Source: Carcharhinus longimanus (Eukaryota). From it: DNA of 64,000 bases. Both the position numbers and the translations under genes were made by a program. This document shows, in pieces, positions 63,829 through 64,000 of the stretch (position 1 is its first letter; each line of letters opens with the position of its first letter). Under the pieces are notes generated by a model. That model made no database searches and was not told the DNA's origin. It was given only the letters and a program-made list of their open reading frames with translations. The stretch covers positions 62,292,814 through 62,356,813 of the forward strand of contig JASCQW010000027.1 of NCBI GenBank assembly GCA_030264375.1, given 5' to 3'.

Positions 63829-64000
63829 TTGTGGTGTTCGGGGGCCATTGGAAAAGATGAGGTTTCACAGGAGTTAACAGTCTTGGATTCTGTTCAACTT
63901 TTTGTCCAGACAATAATTTAGTGTAAGCAAGACTTTGGCAAGTATTGGAATAAATTGTACTGACATTACTTGTGTTTTCATAGGCCAATGTATTATTAAA

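Overview
Vertebrate genomic DNA, almost certainly a shark (HE1/V-SINEs, HER1/CR1 LINEs and Penelope-like repeats typical of elasmobranchs), from a draft assembly with many N gaps. The only host gene I can support is the 3' half of a type IIB receptor tyrosine phosphatase, PTPRK, on the minus strand. It has 12 coding exons from 61713 down to the stop at 21861, encoding most of the catalytic D1 domain and all of the D2 pseudophosphatase domain, with GT-AG boundaries and matching phases. One exon (56398-56460) is cut by a gap. A ~1.2 kb 3' UTR follows, and 1-20.6 kb is repeat-rich intergenic DNA with no exon I can recognise. Nearly all other long ORFs in the track are chance ORFs or decayed retrotransposon frames. 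The most interesting signal is RNA structure. (i) An HDV-like (CPEB3-type) self-cleaving ribozyme fold with an unusual hairpin inserted in L3 marks the 5' end of an RTE retrotransposon at 35019-35180. (ii) Several minimal hammerhead ribozyme cores occur in Penelope-like terminal repeats, including fold-back elements with one hammerhead per strand. Three of these motifs have intact or nearly intact cores and lie in sense orientation inside PTPRK introns. Both ribozyme/retroelement associations are known in general; activity of these copies and any effect on PTPRK is untested inference. Repeat family names come from recognition, not a database search, and repeat boundaries are approximate.
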